Shown here one piece after another: positions 13,031-25,050 of a stretch of DNA of 64,000 nucleotides (its first letter is position 1; every line of letters begins with the position of its first letter). Position numbers and translations under genes: made by a program. The stretch covers positions 216,444,001 to 216,508,000 of the forward strand of contig NC_058368.1 of the NCBI RefSeq assembly GCF_018350175.1. The letters run 5' to 3'. Source of the DNA: Felis catus (Eukaryota). The notes under the pieces are model-generated. The model was not told where the DNA came from, made no database searches, and saw only the letters and a program-made list of their open reading frames with translations.

Positions 13031-14049
13031 AATTGGTGTCAAATTGCTGTCCCTTTCACAACGGAAGAGGTCTCATGACATCTATCTTTCACTCTCTGGA
13101 ATTATGCTGTATTAAAGGCACAGTGCTGGTTTCTATTCATGCTGGGCTGGGATATCCCCAGTGGGGGTAGGTGAATTAGTCTTTATGAGAGAGTATTTAT
13201 TTTGGTGATTCCATACATATCCTTTATCTCTATCATTAGGACCAAATGGTTATGGTCATAGGATTATATACCTGTCTTTTTTATTGTTGAGGCCTCTTTA
13301 AGGATGAATAGTTTCTGATCAGCATTAACAGGAGACACAATCATCATCACATTTTGTTTTCTCTCCTTGTGTCCATCCACATCACTCTTAAACTGTTGTC
13401 CTAGATCTTTCGATCTTGATACTGACAGCCAAGTCATTTACTGACCCCAGATCATTGTACCCCGTCAAAAGAAGAGAATACCAGTTGGTATCCAAAACGA
13501 AATACATGCATGTGCACTCACACACACACACACAAATCGTTGCCTCCTGTGGTTTTAGAAAACTCTCCTATTAAAGGATAGTCTTTCTGAGCAAAGCAAA
13601 TTGCCATCTTATGTAGCTTTGGAACGTATGGACTTGAAGGATTAGTAGTTTTTCAGAGATAAAAGCAGGTTGGTGTTAATTGTAGAGGTGGGATTACTTC
13701 AGTGTGATTGTAAGTTGGTTGACACTTATTCATTGGTGTGGCTCCTTTCCCAATTGGGTGACTTTAAAGAGCAAAGACTTCAAGTGCTTGGTAGTTTTTC
13801 AGAGACATATTTGCTGTGGCAGTCATTGTTTTTTCTTTGTTGTGATGGGAAAAAGATACATAAACTGAATGCATTATTTAAATCTTTGCTGGTGGTTCTA
13901 AGCTCGTGCTCCACTCCTCACCCCTTGGATGTGGTTTTGATTCTGAGTTTCTCCTCCGAATGTGGGAGTGAGGTAATTTTCATGGGTTTCTACTGATACT
14001 TCTTACGAAACTGTTAACGAAGGGGCTGACAAGCTGTTAAGAAGTTATT

Positions 14050-14278
14050 ATTTTTTTAAGTTTTTTTTTTTAGTTTATTTTTGAGAGAGATAAAAAGAGA
14101 ACCCAAACTGGAGAGGGGCAGAGAGACACAGGGAGAGAGGGAGAAAGAGAATCCCACGCAGGCTCTGCACTGTCAGCGCAGAGCCTGATGTAGGGCATGA
14201 TCTCAGGAACCACGAGATCGCGACCTGAGCTGAAATTGAGAGTCCCACCCTTAACCAACTGAGCCACCCAGGAGCCCT
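14050..14278 (-). mobile_element. Can-SINE
   Basis: SINE body; TSD GAAGTTATT. Confidence 0.92.
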
Positions 14279-14519
14279 GAAGTTATTTTTATCCTTCAGT
14301 CAAAAAGAGAGCCTCAGAGGGTTCTGTATGTAGGATTCTCTTTTACAATTTTTACTCTTCAGAACAGAGAATTTGTCAGACAGCAAATAGTGAATAAAGA
14401 TGGAATCTGGTTTAGATATTAAGAAGAGGGAAGAGAGTGAATAAACTAGCATAATGGGTGGAAGAAAGAGGTGAGTGGGTGAATTCAATAACTGTTTCAG
14501 TTGGGAAAAAAAGTGGGGA

Positions 14520-15200
14520 AGTAAGCCGAGGTGTGTCCTTGCATTGGTCCCTCAGGGGCACGGGTAGAGAGGACCAAGCTGATTGAGGGCTGCCACCCGC
14601 CACTGCATTTCCAAAGGGGCTGGAAAACAGCTAACTAACCGTACCGTAGCGTTAGCAAGGTGACCAGCTCTGCGTGTTTCACAGCAGATGCATGCCACAG
14701 TTCTCAGAAGGTTCGAGGATATTTCTATATTTGGTGGCATGGGTTCTTCAGCCTTGTTCCCCCAGGAGCACTCAAGTTGGCCTGTGGGTAAGCTTGGGTG
14801 CACCACCTCTGGCTGGGAGGATGAAGACAGTACGTGCTGGGAAGGAGCCCCTCCCAACACCAGCTCTTGGACTCTGAAAACCATGTGAGTCCTGGTCCCT
14901 CCTCCCCGCTGTGCTGTCCCCTCCGGGTTCTGGTGTCCAAGGGAGGGGCTGAGGAGGCGCCACTGCGCCCGCTCTGGGCACCAGCTAACAGCTGAGCTGG
15001 TGCATACCTTGGGACCCAGGAGCAAGGAACTGGCAGAGTAGCGGTGAAGGAGCTGGAAGGGTACAGCCACTGCCAGCACCGCCTCCCTGCCACCGTGTAT
15101 GGGGTAAAACGCTGCCCTTGAAGGTGCCCTTTGCTCACTCCTACCTCTCTTTGCCCTGGAGAGGGATTTCCCGGTTGGCTGGACAATTTGCGTGTAGAGG
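14520..15200. promoter_or_regulatory. GC-rich unique segment, putative promoter/first exon
   Basis: Locally GC- and CpG-enriched against an AT-rich background. ATTGG 14543, GC-box-like CCACCCGCC 14593, TAACCG 14636, X-box-like GTTAGCAAGGTGAC 14651-14664. Donors GG|GTAAGC (14788) and AT|GTGAGT (14885). Confidence 0.35.
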
Positions 15201-15500
15201 AGCAGGGATTCCTTGTGCAGTGCTGATTAAAAGAGTTAAAAGAGGGAGGACCAGAGAAATTTGTCTCAAAGTGAGAAGGGAGAGGCCAAAGAGTAAAACA
15301 AGAGATTCCCCCACAACAATGAAGGAGGAAAAAAAAAAAGTTTCAGGTTTGTTGCCAATGGGATTTCACAGGTGATTGAAGAGCCTATTGAACCAAATTA
15401 AAATGAGTCCCTGCCCCCACCCCGTCTGAGATTGAAAAAGTAAAAAGGAGTTGAGAGATGAATAAAAGGAGCTGTAAGAAAATAAGTTTAATTTTGAAAA

Positions 15501-16352
15501 TTGCATTCACTTTTTTATTCCTGTCATGGTAAATTACCATTAGTGACTTAAAGTAACACCTATTTATTATCTCATCGTTCTGTAGGTCAGAAGGCCTGGT
15601 TGGCCCCATGGTTTTTCTTTTTTCTTTTTTTTTTTTTTTTAAGATAAATGGGCTTTTTTTTTTTTTTTTTTCAACGTTTATTTATTTTTGGGACAGAGAG
15701 AGACAGAGCATGAACGAGGGAGGGGCAGAGAGAGAGGGAGTCACAGAATCGGAAACAGGCTCCAGGTTCTGAGCCATCAGCCCAGAGCCCGACGCGGGGC
15801 TCGAACTCACGGACCGCGAGATCGTGACCTGGCTGAAGTCGGACGCCTAACCGACTGCGCCACCCAGGCGCCCCAGCCCCATGGTTTTTCTGATCGACAT
15901 TTCACAAAGCCATGATCAAGGTGTCAGCCAAGAGCTTACTGTAAGGTGTTGAAAACAATCTGCATCCAAATTCATTCAGGTTGTGGTCCAATTCTGGACC
16001 TTGTGGTTATAAGACTGATGTCCCCATTACCTCAGTACTTGTCAGCCAGCGGTCAGTCTTTGCTCCTAGAGGCTGTCTTCATTTCTTCCCATGCTTCCCT
16101 TATGTCAGTCCCTCCAGTAATGATGGATGGAATCTCTCCCACCCTCTGGACATCTTCAACAACCTCTCTGCAACCCCTTCTCTCACTGACTCTTCCACTG
16201 TTAAGGACTCATCCAATTACCTTGGATTCACTTCTATAATCTAGGATAATCCTCCCATTTTAAGGTCAGGTACAAGCTTTTAATTCATTTCTTATCTATC
16301 AGGGCCCTCTGGGAAGAGGAATAACCTCTGTACAATCTTGTGAGTCTGCTAC
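15501..16352 (-). mobile_element. MLT1-type MaLR LTR, interrupted by a SINE
   Basis: AAATTACCA..GACTTAAA..ATTTATTATCTCA..GTTCTGTAGGTCAGAAG..ATCAAGGTGTCAGCCA..AAATTCATTCAGGTTGT..ATAATCTAGGATAATCCTCCCATTTTAAGGTCA. Confidence 0.8.
15619..15874 (-). mobile_element. Very young Can-SINE with a bipartite tail
   Basis: Near-consensus CpG-rich body; 16-bp TSD GCCCCATGGTTTTTCT at 15603-15618 and 15876-15891. Confidence 0.97.
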
Positions 16353-16863
16353 AGATCAACCTTTCTGGAATATATATTAACCTTATTTGCCAGCAGAAAG
16401 ACAATGAAGAATCCAACTTATAAAATATTTTTGCAGCATATTCTTTGTGTAGGTAACTTATTATAAAAAAATGGAATTTTTGTATTTATGGAAATAGGGT
16501 TCCTTTGCATAATCATTGTTTCTTCATATATTGCTTAGAAAGTAACTTATCTTTTAAATCTGAAACTAAACACGTTCATACAATGGGAGCAAAGGGCAAT
16601 TTTGAGAGTCGCAATCTGTGTTATCAGATTTCTTCAATTGCACAACGGTTCATTTGTGCTCGGTGTTGGTATCCATTCAGTAATTTATAAAGATTGGTGC
16701 TGAGTGATAGATATTAATTTTATTCTGATGTAACTGTTCAAATCTTTTTTGTTATGTGTGTGTATGAGATCACCCTGAAAAGCATTCGTAGAAAACTCTT
16801 GAAGACAGTTGTAGAAAGAGGAATCCCTTAAGACTTGGCCAGAGATAGAGAATATCACATATA

Positions 16864-17370
16864 GTGTGTTTAACTTTTATGATCAATTTCACTGGGCCAT
16901 GGAATACCCAGACATTTGGTTAAAGGTTATTCTGGCTATGTCTGTGAGTATGTCTTTGGACCAGATTAACATTGACATCGATATACTTAGTAAAGTACTT
17001 TGCTTTCATAATGTGGGTGGGCCTTGTGCAATCAGCTGAAGGCCAGACCAGAAGGAAAAGGCAGAACCTCCTGTGGCTAACGACTGCCTCCTGTCTGACT
17101 GTCTTTGAACTGGGGTATCAGCTTTTTCTTACCTTCAGACTCAAACTGAAGCATTGGCTCTTCTTGGACCTCAAGTATGCTAGCCTTCAGATTGGAACTA
17201 TATCATCTCTTCTTCTGCTTGTCAGGCCCTTGAACTTGGACCAGAACTATATCACTAGTGCTCCTGGGTCTCCAGCTTAACGGCTACAGATCTGGGCACT
17301 TGTCAGCCACCACACTCACATGAACCAATTCCTTACAGTCTCTCTATCTCTCTGTCTCTCTGTCTCTCTG

Positions 17371-17404
<34 letters not shown>

Positions 17405-17415
17405 CATCTACCTGG
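16864..17415 (+). mobile_element. MLT2-type ERVL LTR ending in a (TC/TG) microsatellite
   Basis: TTAACTTTTATG.TCAA..CTGGGCCATGG..CCCAGACATTTGGTTAAA..TTATTCTGG.TATGTCTGTGAG..AGATTAACATTGA..AATGTGGGTGGGCCTT..AATCAGCTGAAGGCC. Confidence 0.85.
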
Positions 17416-18414
17416 AAGGAAATGACTTGAAGTAGAAAACAAAACCAAAACAAAACCAAAAAATTTCACTCAAAAATACAGTGTAAAGTTAATATAAAAT
17501 GTACAGTGTTACCTAATATGTACTGAAGTTAGTTTTAGGTTTTTAGGTAACATCCATCAGTTACCTATCTTTTGGTTACATATAGCATATTAATTCTGTT
17601 TTTTTCTTTTTTTTGAAAATCCTAATGTAGATGAAAGGATGGACAGAGAATATTTAAAGTAGGAAGTAGTCAATAATGTTAAAAGCTACATCAGTTTTGG
17701 TTACAAAAGAAGAATGGTAAAGGTGGTTAGAGTTCATTCTTAGCACCCAGGAAAAATGTAACACGTATTAAAAAAATATATTTCTTAGCATTGTTTCATT
17801 TCCCATTGTGTACGTACCGTAAGCAATCTTACTATGATTCATTAAAGGAAAATGCATCTCAAGCAAGTTTAGGCACAAAACTAGTTAAATGTAGATTGGG
17901 GATTGATCTCTTATTTTCTTTTAATACATTTATTAAAAATGTTTTCACATGCAAACATTTTCAGTGGCAAATATTTAAAAGTCTGTATTCATAAGAGCCC
18001 TCCATGATAAGTCTTAGAAAATTTCAGGCAAGAATATGATGCAAATGATGTACTATCTCATTTCATTCTTCTTAATAGTTAGGTTTCATTTATATATATG
18101 TTATATAAATAAAAATAAATTAAATATTATACACATATATATGTATATTATATGTATATTCAAATTATATTACCTATAATTTAAGTAAATAAATAAAAGT
18201 TTGCCTTGTCTCACTTACTAAATTAGATATTTTCTACCTGGAAATGAATGACTCGAAGGATTAAAAAAAAAGGAAACATAAACAATGTACTCAAAAATAT
18301 AATGCAAAATTAATACACAATGGACTATGTTATCTAATGTTTACTGAAATTACTTTTAAGTTTTTAAGGGATTGACTAGTAAATATAGTATGAAACCAAC
18401 TACTGTTGGTTTCT

Positions 18415-18625
18415 GGGGACACCTGTGTGTCTTAATCTGCTCAGCCCCTGACTCTTGATTTTGGTTCAGGTCATGATCTGGTCAGGAGATCAAGCCCCTC
18501 ATTGTCAGGCTCGGCATTAAGGGTGGATTCTGCTTAGGATTCTCTCTCTCCCTCCTTATTCTGCCATCTCTCATTTGCTATGCTCGTGGATGTACACTCC
18601 CCCTCCTTAAAAAAAAAAAAAGAAA
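18415..18625 (+). mobile_element. Older, diverged Can-SINE
   Basis: GGGGACACCTG..TGACTCTTGATTTTGGTTCAGGTCATGATC..GATCAAGCCCC..GGATTCTCTCTCTCCCTC..A-tail. Confidence 0.85.
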
Positions 18626-19367
18626 ATAAACTGTTTTCTGAATAGCATCACCTTTTATTTAATCATCACACCATGCATATGTAAACTTAAGTGATGTGTC
18701 TGAAATGGAATAAAAATGAGCCAGAACATGAAGAAGGTTATGATTTCAAAAGTCAGAGAAACTTGTTTCAGAGATCAATGTGCTTGATCTTTTTTATTAA
18801 TAATTTATGCTGTATAATATTAACTCATTTGAAACATTTAAATAATAATGAAAATAACAACAACAAAAGAAATATGTACTTCTTTTCTGTAAAACCAGCA
18901 CTATCCTAGAAAGTTGTAAGAAAAATAAAATTACCCTTCATCCACGGATGCTTCCAAACTAGTAATAAAGCCAATTAAGCTCAGAAATCTTTTGTTCAGT
19001 TTCAACTGAGTGAAAGAAATTTTGGTAGGCACTTTAAGTAAAAAGAAATGATGTACTTTCTCTCCCCTCCAGGAGATCTCGACTTACTGGCGGAAGGTTG
19101 GGGGCGGGGGTGGTGAATAATAATGCAGAGAAAACTCTAATGAGTAATGTAATGGCACAAATAAATTTCAATAGGAGAACAGGGAAGGTGAATTTAATTC
19201 TTAGATGAACCATTACATGTGGAAACAGCGTTTAAAGTGACTATTTTATACAGGGTCTTGAAAAATAAATTGATATTTACTAAGCAAAGGTTGATATAGT
19301 GACATGGACAGACTATGGATGCACAGTCTTCTGAGGGTAGATGAATAAATGAAGATAAAGAAAAGGG

Positions 19368-19585
19368 TGGGGCACCTGGGTGGCTCAGTCAGTTAAGCAT
19401 TCGACTTCGGCTCAGGTCATGATCTTGTGGGGGTTCCTGAGTTCGAGCTCTGAGTTGGGCTCTGTGCTGACAGCTCAGAACATGGAGTCTGCTTCAGATT
19501 CTGTGTCTCCCTCTCTCTCTGGCCCTCTCCTGTTCACTCTCTCTCTCTCAAAAATAAATACATATTAAAAAAAATAAGAAAAGAA
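19368..19585 (+). mobile_element. Can-SINE
   Basis: GGGGCACCTGGGTGGCTCAGTCAGTTAAG..CAAAAATAAATA. Confidence 0.95.
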
Positions 19586-19769
19586 AAATAAATGGACGAG
19601 TACAGTCTACATGTCCAGAATGATAGACTGTGTACTGTAGCTTGGGCTGGTTCTGTGTGTGTGTGCATGTGTGTGCAGTGTGCACAGCAGTATAGCAGTG
19701 TGCTGGGTTTAATAACTGTGGTCTAGGATTTAAAAAAATATGAGACCTGATGTATCATATTCACTAAGT

Positions 19770-19885
19770 TCTCTAGTAAAAATGAGAACTATTGCTGATT
19801 TCAAGCTCCCAGTGTGATGTCACTGAATTCAGAGTTGGGATGAGATGCACCCAGTTGGCTTTATATATGAATTAGCTCCAAATTA
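19770..19885. mobile_element. hAT DNA transposon relic (MER63-like)
   Basis: TTTCAAGCTCCCAGTGTGATGTCACTGAATTCAGAGTTGGGATGAGATGC resembles the remembered MER63 core. Confidence 0.5.
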
Positions 19886-20847
19886 GCAGGTGTTTTCAGG
19901 TATGTGTGTGCATATGGAACAGGGTTAGAGAGGAAATAAATGGAGAAATGGGAAGGTATAATATTTGGGATTGGGATCAACTACATAGAACACTGTTGGG
20001 GAAAAAATACAAATCTGTTTCTCTATCATGTAAACAATATTCTGAAGAGGGCAGTTCAGGGCTCATGTAGTTGTTTCTAGAGGACTCGGGGTTCTTTTAT
20101 CTCTATTCTCTGTTATCTTTATAAATCAGCTGCAAAATATAAACATCATCTCCTGATCCCAGAAAGTTACTTGAGTTTTATCATCATGGCTACTTTGTAG
20201 GCTAGAAAAATAAGGAAAGTTTCTTTTTATAGAGGAAAAAGAACACATGTACCACTTCTTATAAAGATAATTTTTTGAAGTCCCATCCACACCTCTATTT
20301 CCATCTCATAGTCCAAATCTTAGTCACATTGAATATGTAAATGTAAGAGAGACTCTGAAGTAAATCTCATAGACTGGAAAATCATAGCCTTAAATAAAAA
20401 TCTTTAAAGAAGATCTCTAAATAAAGGAAATATATTCACGTAACTTGCAGTCTTCACCAGAGGATATTATGGTAGAAAAATAAATTAGAAATCATGCCAG
20501 GGGCCAAAATTAAACATCAGCAGAGGAAATTTAAAATTATTCCATACCTGTAACTATGGGATCTTTGCCTTCATTCCCTTTTAGGATACTGCTTACCACT
20601 AATTAAAGGATATTTGATTAGAGATACAGAACCTTTGTTACCTGAAATATCAACTGTCTCATAGGACACTTAGCAAGAGAATAATGCGATTGCAGATTCT
20701 GAAGACTAACAAACCTACGCTCTATCCATATACAATAACATTTTGATTTTGCCCCACCAAAATGCAGCTAAGAAATGATGTCTAAGATACTCCACCAGTT
20801 TAAGATGGAACTTGGGAGCTGGAAGTATGGTTTAAAAGTAGAATATA

Positions 20848-21085
20848 TGCAGCATCTGGGTGGCTCACTGGGTTAAACGTCCGACTTCAGCTCAGTCATG
20901 ATCTAATGGCTCTTAAGTTCTAGCCCCGTGTCATGCTGTGTGCTGACAGCTTGGAGCCAGGAGCCTGCTTGGGATGCTGTGTCCCCCTCTCTCTCTGTCC
21001 CTCCCTCGCTTACACTCTGTCTCTCTGTCTCTCTGTCTCTCTGTCTCTCTCTCTCAAAAATAAATAAATGTTAAAAAAAATAAAA
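20848..21085 (+). mobile_element. Can-SINE
   Basis: SINE body with (CTGT/CT)n and A-tail. Confidence 0.92.
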
Positions 21086-21947
21086 GTAAAATGTACTATG
21101 GAGATTGTAAAATGGAGAGGAGAAGGAAGGAGAAACAACCAAAAGGAATGATGGGACTTTCAAAGTGTGTGATGCACGGAAAAGAGTTCCGTGCATAGTT
21201 GTGATTATATCACAGTAAAATTCATTTTCTTTCCAGCTACAAATTTTACTCAAAACACTTAAGACATGACTGTTGTGAGTCAGCTCTTCCATGTGCAGCC
21301 TGACGTCACTGAAGGTGTTTGAAGGAAATAGAAAACAAGCAAAGTTTAGGTTTCTGCTTGAAGAACTTATTCTTGTAGCAGAATGACTAATTCATGTATT
21401 TTGAATGAGTGGACAATGGAGGCTTGAAAAGTGGTAAGAAATCAAACCCAAACTCAGGAAGGAGATCGTGCAGCAAATTAAGGCAACGGTATATTGCAAA
21501 GGGAAAGGTGAAGGAGAAGACCTTGCCAAGTCATATCACTCAGATTTACAAGTAATAGGCTATGGAAATTTGAAGAAACTGTACCTAAACGTTCCTGTGT
21601 GGCTCACTGATAGAATACAGCGTTGTTTCACAAGATATAGAAAACACGTTGGAAAGGAAATACGTGTGGAAGAAGGAGGTACAATCAAATTGAGTAAATT
21701 CTTCCAATTTTTAAAATTACTTACATATTTTTATTTTTAAGAAATTTGCTAAAATCCAAAAATAGGCATTCTGTAATTACTGGACAGATAAATGTAGGCA
21801 TGGGACTCAGGATAAAAATATAGATATTTAAAGAGCTTCCACTGGCAGAAAAAATAGTTGCTGGAAGTCAATGCCAAAGAGGAGCACGTGGCCAAGAAGG
21901 ACCAACGCCTGAAATTTGAAGAACTCTTCAGTAGAAATTTCAATAGT

Positions 21948-22160
21948 AGGTGCGCCTGGGTGGCTCAGTCAGTTAAGCCTTGGACTTGGGCTCAGATCAT
22001 GATCTCACGCTTTGTGAGTTTGACCCCCACATCGGGCTCTGTGCTGACAGCTCAGAGCCTGGGGGCTGCTTCGGATTCTGTGTCTCCTTCTTTCTCTGCC
22101 CCTCTCCCTCTCAAGCTCTCTCTCTCTCTCTCTCAAAATAAAAATTAACATTAATTTTTT
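21948..22160 (+). mobile_element. Can-SINE
   Basis: GGTGCGCCTGGGTGGCTCAGTCAGTTAAG.. body and tail. Confidence 0.93.
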
Positions 22161-22169
22161 AAAATGAAG

Positions 22170-22496
22170 ACGAACAGTATTATGCTAAATGAAATAGTTC
22201 AGGGAAAAATAGAGATCATACGATGTCACTAGTGTGGAAGTTGAGAAACTTAACAGGTGAGCATCGGGAAAGGGAAGGAAAAATAAGATAAAAAGAGAGA
22301 GGGAGGCAAACCATAAGAGACTCTTAAATACAGAGAACAAACTGAGAGTTGATGGGGGTGGGTTAAATGGGTGATGGACATTAAGGAGGGCACTCTTCAG
22401 GATGAGCACTGACTGGGTGTCATATGTAAGAGGTGAGTCATTGGGTTCTACTCCCCCAAACCACTGTATATTATCTAACTTGACGGGAAAAAAAAA
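22170..22496 (+). mobile_element. Carnivore L1 3' end (5'-truncated)
   Basis: TATTATGCTAAATGAAATA..GAGGGAGGCAAACCATAAGAGACTCTTAAATACAGAGAACAAACTGAGAGTTGATGG..GGGTGATGGACATTAAGGAGGGCAC..GATGAGCACTG. Confidence 0.9.
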
Positions 22497-24859
22497 GACT
22501 AACAGAGGAAAGGGAGCTGCAAAGACTCATGGAAGAAGGTTATAGGAACAATTCAGCTGCATAAAATATTACATCTTGAATGCCTGGCTAATGCATACCT
22601 TTTCCTCAGAAGTAACTTAAGACAGATATAAGAGTAACAATAATGAATTGAATCTGCCAGTACTCTTGATCCCATGCCTCATAAAATGATTCTACCTATT
22701 TTAAGAAATAGAGACAATCAGAGGTTCAGAGGAAGGACAAGAGATTGGAGACCAGGTGCCCAGAGAACAATAAAAACTAAAGACAAGTGCCCGTGTGGCC
22801 CACACGCCATCTGTCTCTGCAAGACTTTTCTTTTTGTTTTTCCACTTCCACTTCTCAAAAGTTTCAGAAAAGAGGCTTGTGGCCCATGTTCACAACGCAT
22901 GCCTGTCCTGAGACTGTGCTCCAGGAGGGAGCTGGAAAAGCTGGCCGCCTGTGGTTCTGAAGGTGGGGAGTTGCACAAAAGGAAGATGAGGGAGACAGGA
23001 GGGGGGAGGGGGATACTCAGAGAAACTATGAGTGCTCACGAAATGCTAAGTGTTTCTATCGTGCACACACTGCGCCAAAGGATTAACATGCGGGCTCTGA
23101 GAGGATTTTCACATGTTATGTGGCTTTAATATACGTACTGTACAGAAGAGGAACTAAAGGTTAGAGAGACTTAAGTGCTCTAAAGTCACACAACTTACGC
23201 ATGCGACAAGAATGAAAACTCAGCAAGTCCCACTCCATATACAAATTTGACCAGATTTGGGCTTTTAAACTTTCATACCGTTCCATTATTATTAACTTGC
23301 CTTAGATAATTCAGCTAATTAGTGACTAAATTGTAACTAAAAACTGTTAACTACTATCAGTATCAGGGGGTATATAATAAAATGTTCTCTCCTAAGTACT
23401 TAGAAATAATGGGAATAAGAATTAGTGCTCGGGTTAAAATTATGAATTGAATATATAATGAAGGAGGGCATGACGAGGCAGCTGGATATTAAGTGAAATG
23501 TATCTGTTGTTTCAGAATTTTGGCTGAGACCCTTGAAATCAGAAAAAGTAATGGTGTTGCAAGGCTAAGGGATGGTCATAAGTTTATCACTCAGTTTAAG
23601 GATGTATAAAATGAAGTAAAAAAGTTTAAATTGTGGACACTTATTTGGGGGAAGTTAGTTGAATGCTAAGCATTTTTATTTCCTCCTTTTTATTGGGGAA
23701 TGTCAGTGCATGCCTCCTCCCTCCTTGCCTCCAACCAAGAAAGGGAGTGATTTAATGAGAAGCCATCGGAAAACATGACCTGGGCCCCCCAGAGATCTTA
23801 GTGTACTGAGATTAGTTAGTGCCAGACTTGTTCCTGGATCATTCTACACCTAACGGACTTACTATGTCCAAGTAGGATAACAGAATGCAGAGAGAGCAAC
23901 TTGACCTTCCAGATTTTGTCAGGTGTCCTCAAGATTCAGGTGGGCCTTATGGACGATAGCTGAGTTTGACCTACCTTGAAAATACTCTAGCCCAAGTGAA
24001 CCCAGTGCCAGTGTGAGTCACCCATCAAAAAAGACAACTGGGGAGTGATTACGAAAGTTGATCAGTAGGAAACCGAACCGCTTGTATCATAAAGAAATGC
24101 AGTGGAAGGTTCTCAAAAAAGCCTTCAAAAAAATCACAAAAAAGTCGAATGAAGCAGAGCACTGAAGAAGATTCCAGGATCAGATTTTAACCAGTCTCCT
24201 AACCCCTCCTTCCCTTTGCTTCCTGTTACCATTCTAGAATCTGAAGGCTAAAAGTAAATGACGAGATAGAATTAAAAAAAAAAAAAAAAAACCTGAAAGT
24301 GGAATAAATACAATAATCCTGTCGTGTCCTACTACAGGCATAAAACCAAATTCAGGTGGAGTTAACAGGAGTGTGGAATAAAAGCTGAAACTGAAGGATC
24401 AATTGAGGTTTTAATATTAGGCTTGACCACGGTCTTTAATATCTGAGAACCGCATACGGCTTGTTAGTAAATGAAGGTAAGTAGAAAAACGAAGAGATAT
24501 GCCTGAGCGTTTGAGTCAGGGAAGGATGATTTGAAGAACAACCTGAGAGTGAGAGCAATAAAAAATAAAGTTGACTTCTGCTAGTTTACTATTCTGGTTT
24601 ACCCAATAAATCAGCTTTAGATATAAAAAATCACCTGAAAAAGACAAATTGGTTTTCAGTCTGTGAGGTATGGCTGTACATAAATTGAATTCATAAACAT
24701 ATAAAGAAAGAATAGGTCAAGAGTGGGAAATAGATGTGGACATCCATGGATGAAAACATTGACAAATGGTATTTTATAAGACATTAGGCTTAAGAAGATG
24801 TGAGAGGAAAGTTGGGGAGGGAGTAGGATAATTAAGAAATTAATTAAATAGAAAGATGA

Positions 24860-25050
24860 TTATAATTATAGCTAAATATTATTAAGTGCTTATGTAGGAA
24901 GCACTCCACTAAGCATTATGATAGAGTCACTTATTTTAATCCTTTCAAAAGTAACACAAAGTAAATATTATTTCTATTGTACCGAATAAGAAACTGAGGC
25001 ACAGAGAGGTAAAACAACTTGCCCAAGGTCGTAGTTAGTTAACATCGTCA
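24860..25050. mobile_element. MIR SINE
   Basis: MIR core AAGAAACTGAGGCACAGAGAGGTAAAACAACTTGCCCAAGGTC. Confidence 0.8.

Noticed and set aside
13321..13420. Faint resemblance to a circovirus Rep WWDGY motif
   Set aside because: Needs several arbitrary frameshifts, and no other Rep motifs are seen nearby.
14552..15186. Long overlapping ORFs (175 aa, 153 aa) as a gene or ERV gag
   Set aside because: Expected in GC-rich DNA, non-ATG starts, and no recognisable domain or gag motif.
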